NCBI RefSeq assembly: GCF_040938485.1
Contig: NW_027272223.1
Coordinates: forward strand, 1-64,000
Length of the DNA stretch: 64,000 nt
From: Diadema antillarum
Lineage: Eukaryota
Reading direction: 5' to 3'
Shown here: piece after piece, positions 37,049 to 48,682 of the stretch
Layout: every line of letters starts with the position of its first letter
Numbering within the stretch: position 1 is the stretch's first letter
Translations under genes and position numbers: made by a program
The notes under the pieces: model-generated
Database searches by the model: none
Told to the model about the DNA's origin: nothing
The model's input: only the letters and a program-made list of their open reading frames with translations

Positions 37049-38955
37049 ACAATAACGTATAATGTGTATAATGATTAATGAAAAGGATGGCTTCGTTTAA
37101 TCTTGACGTAATGACAATACCTTATGGTGAGTTTGATTATCATCAAAATTATCCAAACATTTCCGTTCATAGTGGTCCTGTAAGATTAAATTGATTCATG
37201 TTGGATCACTATGAAAACTTTTACTGTCAAATTCTCACTGCGCAACATTAACCAACTTAGGCTACAGATTGTTTTCTACGTTTTATTTTTACTCGTCTGT
37301 TGCATTAAATTACAAACCACGGAATAAATCTCAGTGACAGGGTCATTTTGTTTTCGTATGCGTGTACACGTATAATCATGCTGTAACTAAATCGACTTTA
37401 ATTTCAATCCTTAAACACAGACATGCAGTTTCACCAAGGAGTATTCGGACACGTACCTCTATGTGGCCTATTCGGGTAACCTCCGGGTGGCGTACAACAA
37501 CCCGGCCTGCTGTCGGTGGTACTTCACGTTCAACAACGCCGAGTGTTCTGATCCGAACAGGATCGAAGCCGTGACGTACGCAGGTGGATACTCCAGCTAT
37601 AACCTCCACCGTCCTCGTGTGTTGCTCGGTAAGCTGCATCCTCAAAAACTTGCAGATTCGAGTTCAAACGAGTCCAATATCTGTCATGTTTAAAGTAACT
37701 ATATAGTACTTAGCACAAAACAGTACATCGAACGTTTAATAAAAACCGGGGGGGGGGGCGGGTAAGAGGGGTTTACAGAATTTATCAGTTTCGGTGATTT
37801 CCCAGAACACTATAAGTCGTATAGATGGATTCATTTGCATACATTGCATTCGACTTCACCAGTCTCCCATCTACTGCTTGCACATGAATCTTCACAATGG
37901 TAACGCCGGGATTGTTGTTGTTCTTGTTGTTGCTTGCGGGAATCCAAGACGAAGACACTTCATCCTTCATTATTTATATTAAAATAATTTTCATTGTAAC
38001 GGCTTAGTATATAGTGCCAGCTTTGTAAGGAAGGGGACCTCCGGAAGATTTTCAGACTTGTACATTTGAACAACTTCAGATAAGTTGTGCTGAGTATAAG
38101 AGTTTTAGAATCTATAGTGACTGGGATGAGGAATGATAATGTTTTCAAAATTTATAACAAATTGCAATGAACAAGGATGATGACATGCAGCCTCACCATA
38201 AGAATGCATCAGTTAGGGCTCAGGAAAAAGAGCAACGGAAGAAGGCATGCATAGACTCTCCACAGGTGAAGTTGTTAAGCAAGCGGTATTGTAATGGAAT
38301 TACACTGCTACATTTCTGAAAATATGTGAGGCTCCTAGATGTTGTCAACACTGTTCAGTATAGTTTGTTTAAGATTTTCAGATTATTGGTTTCTCTGCTC
38401 AGGGGCCACAATAGATAAAATCTATACATGGAGCTGTTGATTTATGTACTATACATCATGTGAAATTATGAAAATCATCTCGAATGCCCCTTTAAAGTTT
38501 CTGAAGAACGATTTTATAACTTTTGTTTTATCTTGGTTTTTTTTCACGAACCGATGGGAGAGTTATGACACCACCGCCTTGTCTGATTTGCATTAATGGT
38601 ATAGTGACTGATATCATAGCTTTGTTTTAATTCCATCATAATTTCGAGAAGGTATTTTCTGTGTTTGTGTGCGTGTTTATGGTTTCGATTCACTATAGGG
38701 TACGAATCTTGTCATGCATCTTGTATTCAAGATGATTTTTGTTTAGTTTCCTATTTACTGCATTACATTTATACTTACTACTTCCATTTGTTCGTTTGTT
38801 TGTCAGGCTACTGCAAAGGGATCAGCTCCGGAAGCGTCACCGTTGGGTTCTGGGTCGGAGCTTGCAGTGGTTATGGGAACTATGACTGCTACACCGGTTG
38901 GAACAGCGCGAGTCATATCATGATTGAAGAAGTCACTCCATCACCTTATGATTAG
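28362..38955 (+). CDS. CTHRC1: CTHRC1-like protein, copy 3 (212 aa)
   Basis: Exons 28362-28493 (MKCNLEVCDVLRLWCLAVSLQVLCSLVPGVNAAVEQYKRQVVLE), 35949-36098, 37421-37628, 38807-38955. All are GT-AG, the frame is open, and exon lengths equal those of copy 1. Confidence 0.9.
29709..30458 (+). CDS. LINE ORF1 protein (coiled coil + RRM, 249 aa)
   Basis: First ATG at 29709 (MPQPVPS). Coiled coil followed by LEQYSRRNCIRIFGVRE..IDRSHR..RPIIVK..IHEDLT..AWSSDGRI. Confidence 0.85.
   Translation: MPQPVPSQSPPSTRKSTALVCQVIKELLNNEDYINMLNSVVSNAVDKAFTKLNSRVEVLEGQVHDLQNECDNKSHQITVLKKEISQQSDRIQNLVQGQLDLEQYSRRNCIRIFGVREAAGECTDNILCDIAQSKLGITINPATDIDRSHRTGRKKPESASHSPRPIIVKMTSYKKKHQILTARRKLKGSGISIHEDLTKHNVDLLRKATHHQKVKNAWSSDGRIIVEIPASHGKTINKVIRSESDLARL
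30455..33556 (+). CDS. LINE ORF2: APE endonuclease + reverse transcriptase (1033 aa, intact)
   Basis: Uninterrupted ORF with LHFNCRSL, AVSETW, VYRPP, GDFNVD, SDHL (APE) and YRPISIL, DLSKAFD, GVPQGSVLGP, FADDT, KFLGV (RT). Its ATG overlaps the ORF1 TGA (ATGA at 30455-30458). Confidence 0.95.
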   Translation: MTSTSQSPPPPCMYPVSFCSFCKRQRAQDNICYFCATSSSSRLRALEEDEDGVSVLSTETEYFIPSEFASMMNGTFSEMFTCLHFNCRSLKGNSDNFISCINSLNTEISIIAVSETWAQGNESPQFTLPQYKFLGRGRTDKRGGGVGMFINKKYNVKQRCDLEVFDQCIESTFAEIINLKDKIVIGVVYRPPNQSLQSFLTGLQPTLQNISREGKHCILLGDFNVDLLSSDSSTHQFLDLILTSSYTPTIFKPTRVTNHSATLLDNVFINRPENVVKSGILISDVSDHLSPFVIYHLGRQQVSTEKESSTYIYKRMIHEEGMTNFFSLLQSYEWSHLENIPDINEKYSVFISHFMTLYDECFPIKKLDKKKYEKKQTWFNSHLKKLCKKKYILYRKYIKNPTMYRKEIYVKYRNFVNNEIRRVKREYYHGIFDRVKNDQKGTWKAINEVLNTSKSKTTCASIMKEGVLIEDKENIVNLFNDYFSNIGSELVRNMPPCSMNNDFSEYLRPRVLHTMFFNPISESDLITAVLSIKDNKSSGHDGIEAFIVKKCIHLIASPLCHIFNTSIEKGVFPSDMKIAKVIPIFKSGDKRLCSNYRPISILSIFSKVFEKLVHKRLISFLEKNAILYQGQFGFRQGYSTFMALLEFVNNATLAFEEKNIVIGLFLDLSKAFDTIDHKILISKMYHYGIRGNVLNWFESYLLNRKQYVFIDNHTSQFQHINVGVPQGSVLGPLLFLLYVNDLAFVSDVLKPIIFADDTNIFLSGKDIHDMNVVFNAELEKVYSWFLSNKLTINFEKTNFMIFRPQQLQLDTALFDLSINDQKISNVKKIKFLGVIIDEHLTWKEQVQNISGKIAKAVGILNRLKSLLPLRIMLNIYNTLVLPHLSYCTVVWGNCSKYLLDRLLVLQKRAVRCVSNSHFLAPTNPLFEKLKVLKVLDLYTLQAACFMYKFSRDLLPDVFKEYFICNNKVNLYRTRNSDKLYVPFYRLSLSRKSIRYTGPKIWNSITPSLKSCPTISSFKRQFKLQLINAYRYCS
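33623..33701 (+). other. Long GC-rich RNA hairpin in the LINE 3' UTR
   Basis: Arms 33623-33656 and 33668-33701: 33 of 34 positions pair on the sense strand, six of them as G-U, with one C-C mismatch and an 11 nt loop. Confidence 0.7.
34520..34884. mobile_element. Kolobok-like non-autonomous element (same family as 220-1134)
   Basis: AGGTCCTGTT ... TATGCCT|TTAA; colinear with 220-554 joined to 1122-1134. Confidence 0.65.
34836..35598. repeat. Tandem array, 7 x 109 bp
   Basis: Units start at 34836, 34945, 35054, 35163, 35272, 35381 and 35490 (AGCACTAATGCT...) and are near-identical. Each unit is the last 49 bp of the Kolobok-like element, TTAA and 56 bp of flank. Confidence 0.95.
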
Positions 38956-39738
38956 ACAAACTAACAAACAGACGGAAGCGAGAAAATATGGGATATTCTC
39001 GTGGTGGTTCCCCATGCTAGATATGTTACATACCGATTATAATTATGCTTCCATTACTTCTACACTAGATATTCCATGCATAAGTTTTATAATAGCCTGA
39101 AGCAGCATTCTGGTTAAAATTCAGTATCTAATAACCTTAAGGGGATTTCCCGAAAAAAAAAATCAGTTCGTGTGTTCCCAATGTAGCGTCAATAATCACG
39201 AATTAAAAACAACATTCGAAAAATTCTTTCGTCGAGATGTTTTTCATTGCAACTGATTGACAAATTGCCCTACGTAAATAAGCACTAAAACACTAAACAA
39301 TTCAGTGCTTATTTACGTCGATGTAGGGAAATTTGTCAATCAGATGCAACAGCATTCAAGCCTATGCTAATATTGGATAGTGACAACGAGAATTGGGCTG
39401 ACGGAAGGACCGACAGACCAAAGATAGGGGCCTACTAACGGAACCTGCGGTATGGTTGATATTGAAAATTACATGTACCATCACAGTTTGGAGCTCAATT
39501 AAAGTGATTCATTTTTTCTTTCTTTTTCTTGTTTAGAAAGACCGCTTTGGAATTTCTGTAGGGGTTTACTAAGTCTTGTAGTATCCAATTCAAGTGTAAG
39601 TATATGTAAAAAGGGGTGAAGTTATAGACAATTCACATCATTTAGTTTGAATGGAACTGTTGAGATAATAATTATGCATAAGGTCATGTGGCAATTATGT
39701 ATCCTTTATTGTCATCGATATTATGTATACGGTCATCC

Positions 39739-40023
39739 CACTAGACCGACACCCACGAGTCATACAGCCCATGAGTTCGACACTATAGGCAAATATAGCC
39801 CATGAGTTCGACACGAGGTAAAACTCATGGGCTGTCTGATGACTAGTGAGCTGTATAACTCATGGGCCGTATGACAAGTGAGCTGTAGGACTCGTGGGCT
39901 GTATGACTCGTGGGCCGTATGACTTGTGAGCTATATGACCCGTGAGCTGTATAACTCATGGGCCGTATGACATGTGAGCTGTATGACTCGTGGGTTGAAT
40001 AACTCGTGGGTGTCGGTCTCGTG
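39739..40023. mobile_element. CACTA/EnSpm-like MITE with 16 bp subterminal tandem repeats
   Basis: CACTAGACCGACACCCACGAGT ... ACTCGTGGGTGTCGGTCTCGTG (18 bp perfect inner TIR). The interior is built from ACTCGTGGGCTGTATG-like units. Confidence 0.6.
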
Positions 40024-41350
40024 ACGTGCACCCTATGCGTCACGCATCAATTCATCGTCATTAACTTAAGCAGTACAGAATTATGCAGTCTGTTCAACTT
40101 CGAGATATAGTCATAATGTCTAAGCAAAGCAACATATTCTCTTGATAAAGAAGTCATTCCATTTCTGAGAGATGAAAAAAAGCATTTACGTTTTAATCTC
40201 ACTTCATTGTTGAAAGGTCTTACCCTACATTTCCATTCAAACAACTTTTTTTCACTACAATCGTCCTGAAATATCGTTTAGATGTACAGTAGTGAATGAC
40301 GTTAAACGTTTTTGAAAAAAGGAAAAGGAAGAAAAAAAAAGGTAATTTTTGATGAGATTCTCCACGCTGTCCTATCCCACCTGTACCAATATTTAAAAAG
40401 AAGCCTATTAACTACAAACTAGCTACCCACGTTCATTTGTAAAACATTTCGTTTCTTTTATAGTTCTATGATAGGACAAATTGTGAAAGTACAAGGTAAT
40501 GTTACTTGATTGCGATGTCGAACGAAAGTGTTGATGGGTGATAAACTATTGATATAAGAACAAAGACAAAGACAATTGCAGTCTGCAGTGCTTTTAACTC
40601 TTTACTTTGTATTTACGAAAATAATGCGCTTTTTCTTGCAGTATTAGATCGCTGTTTTCCATCGCTATACATATACTTTTTGTCTCCATTGCAAAGTATG
40701 CGTTATTTCTATTATTACAATAATAAATTCGTTCACATATTTTGTATCAATCTTTATGATTCGTCTTGCTTACAAATTGTTCATGATATGATGTTAAATG
40801 CATACTTTGTAATTGTATTTTATTTTGTTGGATGGATGGAAATAAAGCACACTTGAATAAGTCATTATTCATTAACCTTTCCATCATTTATGTACAGTAT
40901 AAGTATAAATACCGTGTGAATATATTTGTATATTGTATATATATAGGACAAGGTTCTCTGGCAACCACGCAGAATATATATCATGTTAGTGCCAATATCA
41001 AACCGAACAATGTAACCATCGGTAGCTACAAATACCAAGTAAGAATTCGGTAAATGGCGTGGGAAGAGATGCATATTCTAATCTCAATTCAGATTAACAA
41101 ATAAATCAATTATGCACATTTAAAATGTCGGTTACTGAGATCTTTGGTGTTCTTTGCATCTGTGTTCAAAAGAAAGAGAGAAAGAGAGAGAAAAAAATTT
41201 TCCCATCTCACATTCACTCCTTGTCAAGAGAGAGACAGTGTATAGATAAAGCAACCACAGAATGTATTCCTACCTCAATATCATACTGGTGCATTTATAT
41301 AGGCCTGCAAAATGCTATACATCTGTACAATAATAATCGATAACACTATA

Positions 41351-41643
41351 ACTCTCTAAAAAAATCGAGTGAAAATTTTCACTCTTGAAAGAGTGAATAC
41401 AAAAAAGAGTGAATTTAGAGTGAAATTGGAGTAAACATCGAGTGAAAATATTCATTTTCACTCATTTTGGAGTGACCTCAGGGATCACTCGAAGATTTTG
41501 GAGTGATCCCTGACGTCACTCTAAAACGAGTGAAAATGAACTTTTTCACTCAAAATTCACTCCAATTTCACTCTAAATTCACCCTTTTTTTGTATTCACT
41601 CCTTCAAGAGTGAAAATTTTTCACTCGATTTTTTTTAGAGAGA
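41351..41643. mobile_element. Palindromic MITE (~290 bp) rich in GAGTG/CACTC
   Basis: CTCTCTAAAAAAATCGAGTG ... CACTCGATTTTTTTTAGAGAG. The arms pair along most of the length and TA lies on both sides. Confidence 0.75.
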
Positions 41644-41669
41644 TACATATACATATAAATGCACTTATA

Positions 41670-41832
41670 CAGTGGCGGATCCAGAGGGGGCGCACCGGGC
41701 GCGCCTCCCCCCCCCCCCTTTATTTCTTTTAAACAAAAGAAATAAACAGAAAAAAAATTAATTAAACCCGGAAGTGGCACTAGAAATATTAGTTGCCCCC
41801 CCCCCCTTACAGAATTCCTGGATCCGCCCCTG
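41670..41832. mobile_element. Short MITE
   Basis: CAGTGGCGGATCCAG ... CTGGATCCGCCCCTG inverted termini. Confidence 0.6.
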
Positions 41833-42969
41833 ATTGTACACTTAATGCTGACGTTTCTAAGCTCATTAATACGGAAAATCAAAATATAATACGGCATTAC
41901 GTAAATATATAACAACAAAATTAGATGAGCAATTATAAGGTGTAAGCAATGATTTAGACTTATCTACACTTAAAGCATTTCGAATATACCCTGTATTATA
42001 AAGAGGGAGTTCGTTCCAAAGAGATGGAGAAAACGTATGACAGAAAAGCCCTATCACCATCACGGGTATATACAGGTGCGGGGACCATGGGTTAATATTG
42101 CAGAGTGGACGAAGAACGGAGAGAACGTGTTGGAGTGGAGGAGCGGAAAGAAATCAAGTCTTTGAGATAAGATTGGCCAACATTTCATTTCATTTTCATT
42201 TCATTTTATTACTACATTATTACATGATTATCTTATAAACAGTGAGAAAGATTAGTTCGGGTGTAATCACTTCAGTTGATGTAGGCTTATTACACACTAT
42301 TCCACCAGAGGGCTCGGCAAAATGCTCATGCTCCGCCATTGTCTGGTATCATACAGGTTCAAATCTTTCTCGAGATCAGGGGACACATGGCGTGAAAGAA
42401 TATTGCCTATCATAACAGACAAACAGATCATTACCGGGCGAGAACATTGACCTCGGTACAATATCTCCCGTCTTTAGGCTTCAATATAGATATACAGATC
42501 TGCGATCCCATATGCCTCAATTGAAGTTTTACGCCAAAATGTGGCAGCTACTCGTTGTTTTGATTGTTCGCTGAAAACGCCCTGCCTCACTTTCGAGTAG
42601 ATAAGCTGCAGTCGATACTCGTGCCATTGTAAAGGTGTGGCTCTTTCTTCACACGGGAGCAACTCACAAAGGCAGTCAATTATCGATTGCCTTGAAGAGA
42701 CAGCGCCGACGATCACGAATAAGATTTTTCTTTGTTTTCACCCCTTCATAGGAAGAGCACTAATGATAATTACGGCAACGGTCGTATGTCACACAAATTC
42801 AAGACTCGAGGAATATACACCTTAAATTGCAAACTACATGTACTATATAGGAGCGAAGAGTGCACGGTGAACTTGGATTGTTTTGTTTTCTGTATGGGAA
42901 TATAGCATCCTGTAAATGCATGTCGGGGAGTTGTCTGAAAACATGAATACATTCACGTGGGAGTCGAAA

Positions 42970-43330
42970 ATGTATCCAAAATGGCTTCGGATACTGCTGG
43001 TTATTTGCTTCCTCACCGCTCAAATTTGTGCTGGCCGAGAGCAGCCCGAGACTTATCGCCGTGAAGTTGTTCTTGAGGTAAGAGCAATTCCAGACATTGT
43101 GTTGTATTGTCTAGAGAAACAAGAACTTAATTACGGAGTTACTGTATAATTGGATACAATTTTTGTAATGGAAAGAAGCATCTTCACACTATAGATCTAG
43201 TATCTCTTCTGGTCAGTGTTTACCTGAATAAATTACCTGATGGAATACTTTAAATCAATTTGTGGTTATAGTTCTATCTTGAAATTGATCTTGGTTTATT
43301 TATTGCTAATTCATGTTTTCTGTCCGCTTG

Positions 43331-43382
<52 letters not shown>

Positions 43383-44447
43383 ACAGTCTGCATTTACGAA
43401 ATAGGGTGCACTAAATTTGAACAATGATCAAACACTTTGTATTTATACATAACCAGATATTGTATCCATAGAACACGACTGAAATGGCATACGAAACGGA
43501 ATTTTATTAAAAATAATTATGAGCAAGGATAACCGACAGGAGAAACAAGAAGATAGAAAGGAAAGCAGTTATACCAATGACAGAAGGTTTTCACATAAGT
43601 GTAGAACTGTTTTATGATTTTAAATTGGGCCTTTCATGAGAAGAAAAGTAATCGTAATCATAGCAAGTTTTTTTTTTATTTACAATTGTACTTTCAGTGC
43701 ATTGCCTTGTAGGTGAATTATAATCATGTAATTATCCCCTCAGAACTGAGTGAGATGATACTTTACAGAATACTGTACCTTTCAAGACCATAAAAATTGT
43801 AGACATGGCTGTTATCATTCCAAGCAATATACTCATCCTAGCTGACGTATCTCACTGACTTACAAAAAAAAAGTATAGGACTTTAAAATATTGAGTCATA
43901 TTATCAATGGAGAAAGTATTAGGACAGTCCTATACCATCAGACAAGGGTATTCACCCATGTCTTAATTTCAGAAATCAGCACTCGATGAGCATAAACTTC
44001 ATTCATGAATATTAACGTATAGTACGACGTATATTTGTAAATCAAACAGGGTATTTATTCATTCCTTGTTTTCAAGTAATTTTCACCATTACATCTTAAA
44101 ATCGACCACTTAATTTGCAAGGCGTCCACTATAGTATGGCAGTGTTTTCATTATGTCTCTAAATATTTCCTCGCGCAACTCGTTTATGAAAACTCAACGG
44201 CTTACGTGGAACGAGTCATACACCGTTTAAAAAAAAAGTGCACTCTTATTCATAACTTTTATTTCCGCAAAATCTGGGGCCCGTTGCATAAAAGTTACTA
44301 TTATGGTAACTTTGCCATCCAATGGTAACTACCATGGCAACAATACTCAACAGCCAAACAAAATCAAGAATTCCATGGAAGTTACCATTGGATGGCAAAG
44401 TATTCTTAATAGTTACTTTTATGCAACGGGTCCCTGGTGTGTGTGTG

Positions 44448-44479
<32 letters not shown>

Positions 44480-44751
44480 GTTTTTCTTTTTTATGATTCT
44501 AATCTGGATAGTTTTGGAGTATGCCTCTGACATTCACTTACAAAACATGACATGATCAATAATTTTTGTATTTGTTGTTGTTGTTGTTGATGATGATGAT
44601 GATTGTAGCCTGCGCGTGATGGCCGGACTTCTATCCTCATTTTAGCTGTATCAGTACATAAGTCACATAATCGAGTATTTTATAGAGAATCTGTAAAGCT
44701 ATGTATACCTACGAGTTTATAAAACCTGAGCTCCTTTAGGATGTGTGTGTG

Positions 44752-44796
<45 letters not shown>

Positions 44797-45181
44797 TGAA
44801 ACGAGAAAGGGAAAACTGACCAGAAACAAATAATAAATGGCGAAAACTTTGAGCAAAGAAAATGGGTTTTCATCGGGATTCGAACCCAAGACCTCCGGAT
44901 TACTAGACCGGTGCTCTACCGACTGAGCTATTGAAAGCCCTAGATCGGTGTTCGTCCCAAACCCTTAACTCTCTTTGCTCGTGTGGTCAGAAGCTATAGT
45001 GTGTGTATGTGTGCCACACACACACACATTAACCTGACATAGACCAAAAGGACGTAAATCAACTTTGGAATAAATGCGAGGGATCACCGAAGCGATGCAG
45101 CTTTTTATTTTTTGTAATATAAATTGAAACAAGAAAGGGAAAACTGACCAGAAACAAATAATAAATGGCGAAAACTTTATG

Positions 45182-45214
<33 letters not shown>

Positions 45215-48200
45215 GGCGAAAACTTTGTATATATATATATATATACCCCGTGGGGTATTGCAAAAAGGAAGTTGTGGGGTATATGGGTATTTAAACGAGT
45301 TAACACAGGTCGATGTGTGCATCTATAAAGTAGTATAGGCTTGCTATAATAACGTGCATGTGTTTTGCAGTGGATTTGTTTGTTTGTTTGTTGTAAATGC
45401 TATCTTTTTGTGCTACTGTATACGATGAGGGAAAAGGCAGTGAATACCCTTCCTCAATTCATTTTTGCCATGCATGCAGGAATGTACTGCTGGAACCCCA
45501 GGGCCCCCTGGCCCGCCGGGGCCCCCAGGGGACGAGGGTGAACCCGGTGCTCCTAGTACGGTGTCCACAAACTGGAGACAATGCTCTTGGTGGGCCATCA
45601 ACGACGGGCAGGACTCGGGACAGGTTAAGGTATATTGAAACAAGTAACTTGCTAAAAGCACGTGACAATTAAGGCCAACGCACTCGATGACATCCGTAGG
45701 CCAACCCCCCTTATAAGGATCTCGTTTACAACGAGGTATCGCTTTTTACGGGGTTAATTTCGGCGATCCCTATCTTCATTATTGGTCTCTTCTTTACTAG
45801 TAGGCATCCGTTTACAACGAGATATTGATTGCCTGAACGTGATAAAATGGGAGACCTATACTTATAACGAAGTTTGTCACCATCGATTCATTTGAAAGAT
45901 GTGGTGCTTCATGGAACATCTATAGGGCCAACGAAAGAGTAGCCCCGATGTTCGGCATTTTGCCCTCTAAAGGTCGTTTTCTCCATCTTTCTACATTTTG
46001 AATCTAGAGTTTTCTTCAGTATAAGTATGCATTGCAACTGATTGACAAATTGCCCTACATCGACGTCAATGTAGGGCAATTTTGTCAATCAGTTGCACTG
46101 AAAACATCTCGACGGAAGAATTTCATGAATTTGAATAATTACGCAGTACCCGCTGCATGCTATAAGGATTAGAACCAACACTTGCAGTAGGGCGGAAGGT
46201 CTGTGGTCTAGTGGAGATGACGCCTGTCCGGAGATCAGGAGGTTCGAATCATACTCGAGTATGTACGCCCATGATTGTTTATCATGGCTACTACTAAAAC
46301 ACTGATCAATTCAGTGCTTATTCACGTCGATGTAGGGCAATTTGTCAATAAGTTGCACTGAAAACATCTCGATGGAAGAATGTCATGAATTTGAATAAGT
46401 ATGCATTGTTCTATAAAACCTTCTAAAGCTAATTATGTCTTATTCCATCATGTGAAACGTAACGTGCAATCACATGTATTGCGAGCAGGTCGCATTTTGG
46501 GTGTTTTCTTTCGCGTTATCAAGAGGAGTAAGCCTATACAACCGCAAACATTATCAAGTTATGACACGACCTTACAGTCAGGTGAACGAAGTGCAAATTT
46601 CTGGGTTGCTAGGCGGACAGCAGGACATCTGCTCCTGTAGAGTATAGGCCTGAGTACCACATCCAGAATGTCGATGTCGATGTCCTTTGCATCTTACAGA
46701 CCAGTATCACACTGAAAGCACCTTCAAATGTGCAACTTTGCACCTTTCTGGTCTGAAAGGTGCAAAGTTGCACATTATTCTAATGGTGCTCCCATGCAGT
46801 GTGACACTGGTAAAGATGATCCTATACATATATTTCTTAGAGCGTTTTACATTCATCATGATTGTGCAAAAGGTGAAAAAGGGTATGCCTATTTCCCTTT
46901 ACCAAGACAGTGACCGTCATCATTTTGGTTCCAATTCTCAAGGATCATAATTCCGAAGGTTTGTTAATCCGAAAATGAAATAAAGTTAGTCATTTAGACC
47001 GTTTATCATTCCGAATGTTCGTTAATCCAAAATGAAATAAGGTTCGTTGTTCCAAGGAAAGGTTCGGTAATCCAAAAATGAACGTTATTTTGAAGGTTTC
47101 TAAATCCGAAAATGAAATAGGTTCATTGTTTCCAAGGTTCGCTGATTCGAAAATTTATGAAATGAGCTCCGTTATTCCGAAGGTTCGTTAATCTGAAAAA
47201 TGAAAGAAGGTTTGTAAGTCAGAAGTTCGAAAGTACGCATCGTCTTAATCTTTTTTTTTTTCCGGATTAACAAACCTCTACGTCTACATACGGAAGTTGT
47301 GTTCTTCGGAATAACGAACCTTCGGAATAACGAACATGACCGTCATCTCCTCTTCCTCCTCCTCCCCCCCCCCCCCCCTTTACTCCCACCCTCCAAAATC
47401 ATTTCCATACAGACATGCAGCTTTACAAAGGAGCACTCGGATACATCTCTTTATGTCGCCTGGTCGGGTAACCTCCGGGTCGCCACAAACAACCCGGCAT
47501 GCTGTCGGTGGTACTTCACTTTCAACAGCGCGGAATGCTCCAACCCGAATCGGATTGAAGCTGTCACATACGCCGGCGGGTATTCCAGCTACAACCTCTT
47601 GCGTCCTCGGGTGCTGCTTGGTAAATGAAATATTAAGACAAATTACCCTAGGCAACCACTCTATCCTCCTGAAAATACTATATGCCCTGGTAATGGTTCT
47701 TGTGGCAATGTGGTATTAAAATGAGGCAATTCTTCACATTATCAATATTTGATAATAATGAGTACAGCTAGTGTAGTTGCCACCAGTCAACTAAGCAAAG
47801 CAAATTTTCCTGGAATCTGATTGGCACATTTCTTCTGATCCCGATCATATTTTTTTTTGTATGAGCCCATACACTATTGACAGAAGTGATATTTTACGAC
47901 TTAATATTATCATTAATTTTTTCAGTGTAATATTTTGCGTCAAATTCAGTGATCAGTTCCATAATGAAACTGTGTCATAAGACAGTGTAGGCACACAGTT
48001 CATTAAATCAAATAAATTAAAATTAAGAATTTTGATCTCATGAAAAGTAAGTTAAAGGAAAGTTTTATTGTACAAATAAAGTGAATAATGAAAACTTTCA
48101 CACTGCAGTATAAATACCAGGACACATTTTACCTATTTCTCTGATGTAGTTTGATGCTACACGTGTATTGCTAAATGTTTAAAAAATAATCAAAAATATC

Positions 48201-48411
48201 CTCATGTCGGAAAGCAGCCTTGAAATTATATAACATTGACTTTATTTCACACACACTTACAGGTTACTGTGATGGCATTAGTGCTGGCAGTGTGGAAGTG
48301 GGGTTCTGGGTCGGAGCTTGCAGTGGTTATGGAAACTATGACTGCTACACCGGCTGGAACAGTGCGAGCCACATTATGATAGAAGAGGTCACACCCTCAC
48401 CATATGGCTAG
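42970..48411 (+). CDS. CTHRC1: CTHRC1-like protein, copy 4 (most divergent; 204 aa from ATG 42970, alternative in-frame ATG at 42943)
   Basis: Exons 42970-43077 (MYPKWLRILLVICFLTAQICAGREQPETYRREVVLE), 45480-45629, 47413-47620, 48263-48411. All are GT-AG, the phases are the same as in the other copies, and the frame is open, ending EEVTPSPYG*. Confidence 0.9.
44277..44433. mobile_element. PIF/Harbinger-like MITE
   Basis: TIR GGGCCCGTTGCATAAAAGT / ACTTTTATGCAACGGGTCC with a CTG duplication at 44274-44276 and 44434-44436. Confidence 0.75.
44760..44938 (-). mobile_element. tRNA-derived SINE (head resembles tRNA-Thr(AGT))
   Basis: Minus strand GCTTTCAATAGCTCAGTCGGTAGAGCACCGGTCTAGTAATCCGGAGGTCTTGGGTTCGAATCCCGATGAAAAC has A and B boxes and an imperfect acceptor stem. 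A body and (TA)n follow, and the body recurs at about 45120-45180. Confidence 0.6.
46195..46398 (+). mobile_element. tRNA-derived SINE
   Basis: A box TGGTCTAGTGG (46204-46214) and B box GGTTCGAATC (46241-46250). The body is shared with repeats at about 39230-39350 and 46069-46138. Confidence 0.55.
46922..47336. repeat. Repeat element built of ~30 bp TTCCGAAGGTTCGTTAATCCGAAAATGAAAT units
   Basis: Multiple degenerate units, bracketed by an 11 bp direct repeat TGACCGTCATC (46911-46921, 47337-47347) that could be a Mutator-length TSD. Confidence 0.5.
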
Positions 48412-48493
48412 GGTATCCATTAACATGACCAAGCATACCAAAAGTACACCACCATTGTCAGTCTGACGATGATTGAATATACATGTATGTATG

Positions 48494-48682
48494 NNNNNNN
48501 NNNNNNNNNNNNNNNNNNNNNNNNNNNNNNNNNNNNNNNNNNNNNNNNNNNNNNNNNNNNNNNNNNNNNNNNNNNNNNNNNNNNNNNNNNNNNNNNNNNN
48601 NNNNNNNNNNNNNNNNNNNNNNNNNNNNNNNNNNNNNNNNNNNNNNNNNNNNNNNNNNNNNNNNNNNNNNNNNNNNNNNNNN
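48494..48682. other. Assembly gap (189 N)
   Basis: Run of N about 80 bp after the copy 4 stop codon. Confidence 0.98.

Noticed and set aside
44866-44938. Functional tRNA-Thr(AGT) gene
   Set aside because: The acceptor stem needs an extra base and a mismatch, there is no oligo-T terminator directly after it, and it runs into a repeated body and (TA)n, so it is better read as a SINE head. tRNAscan-SE would settle this.
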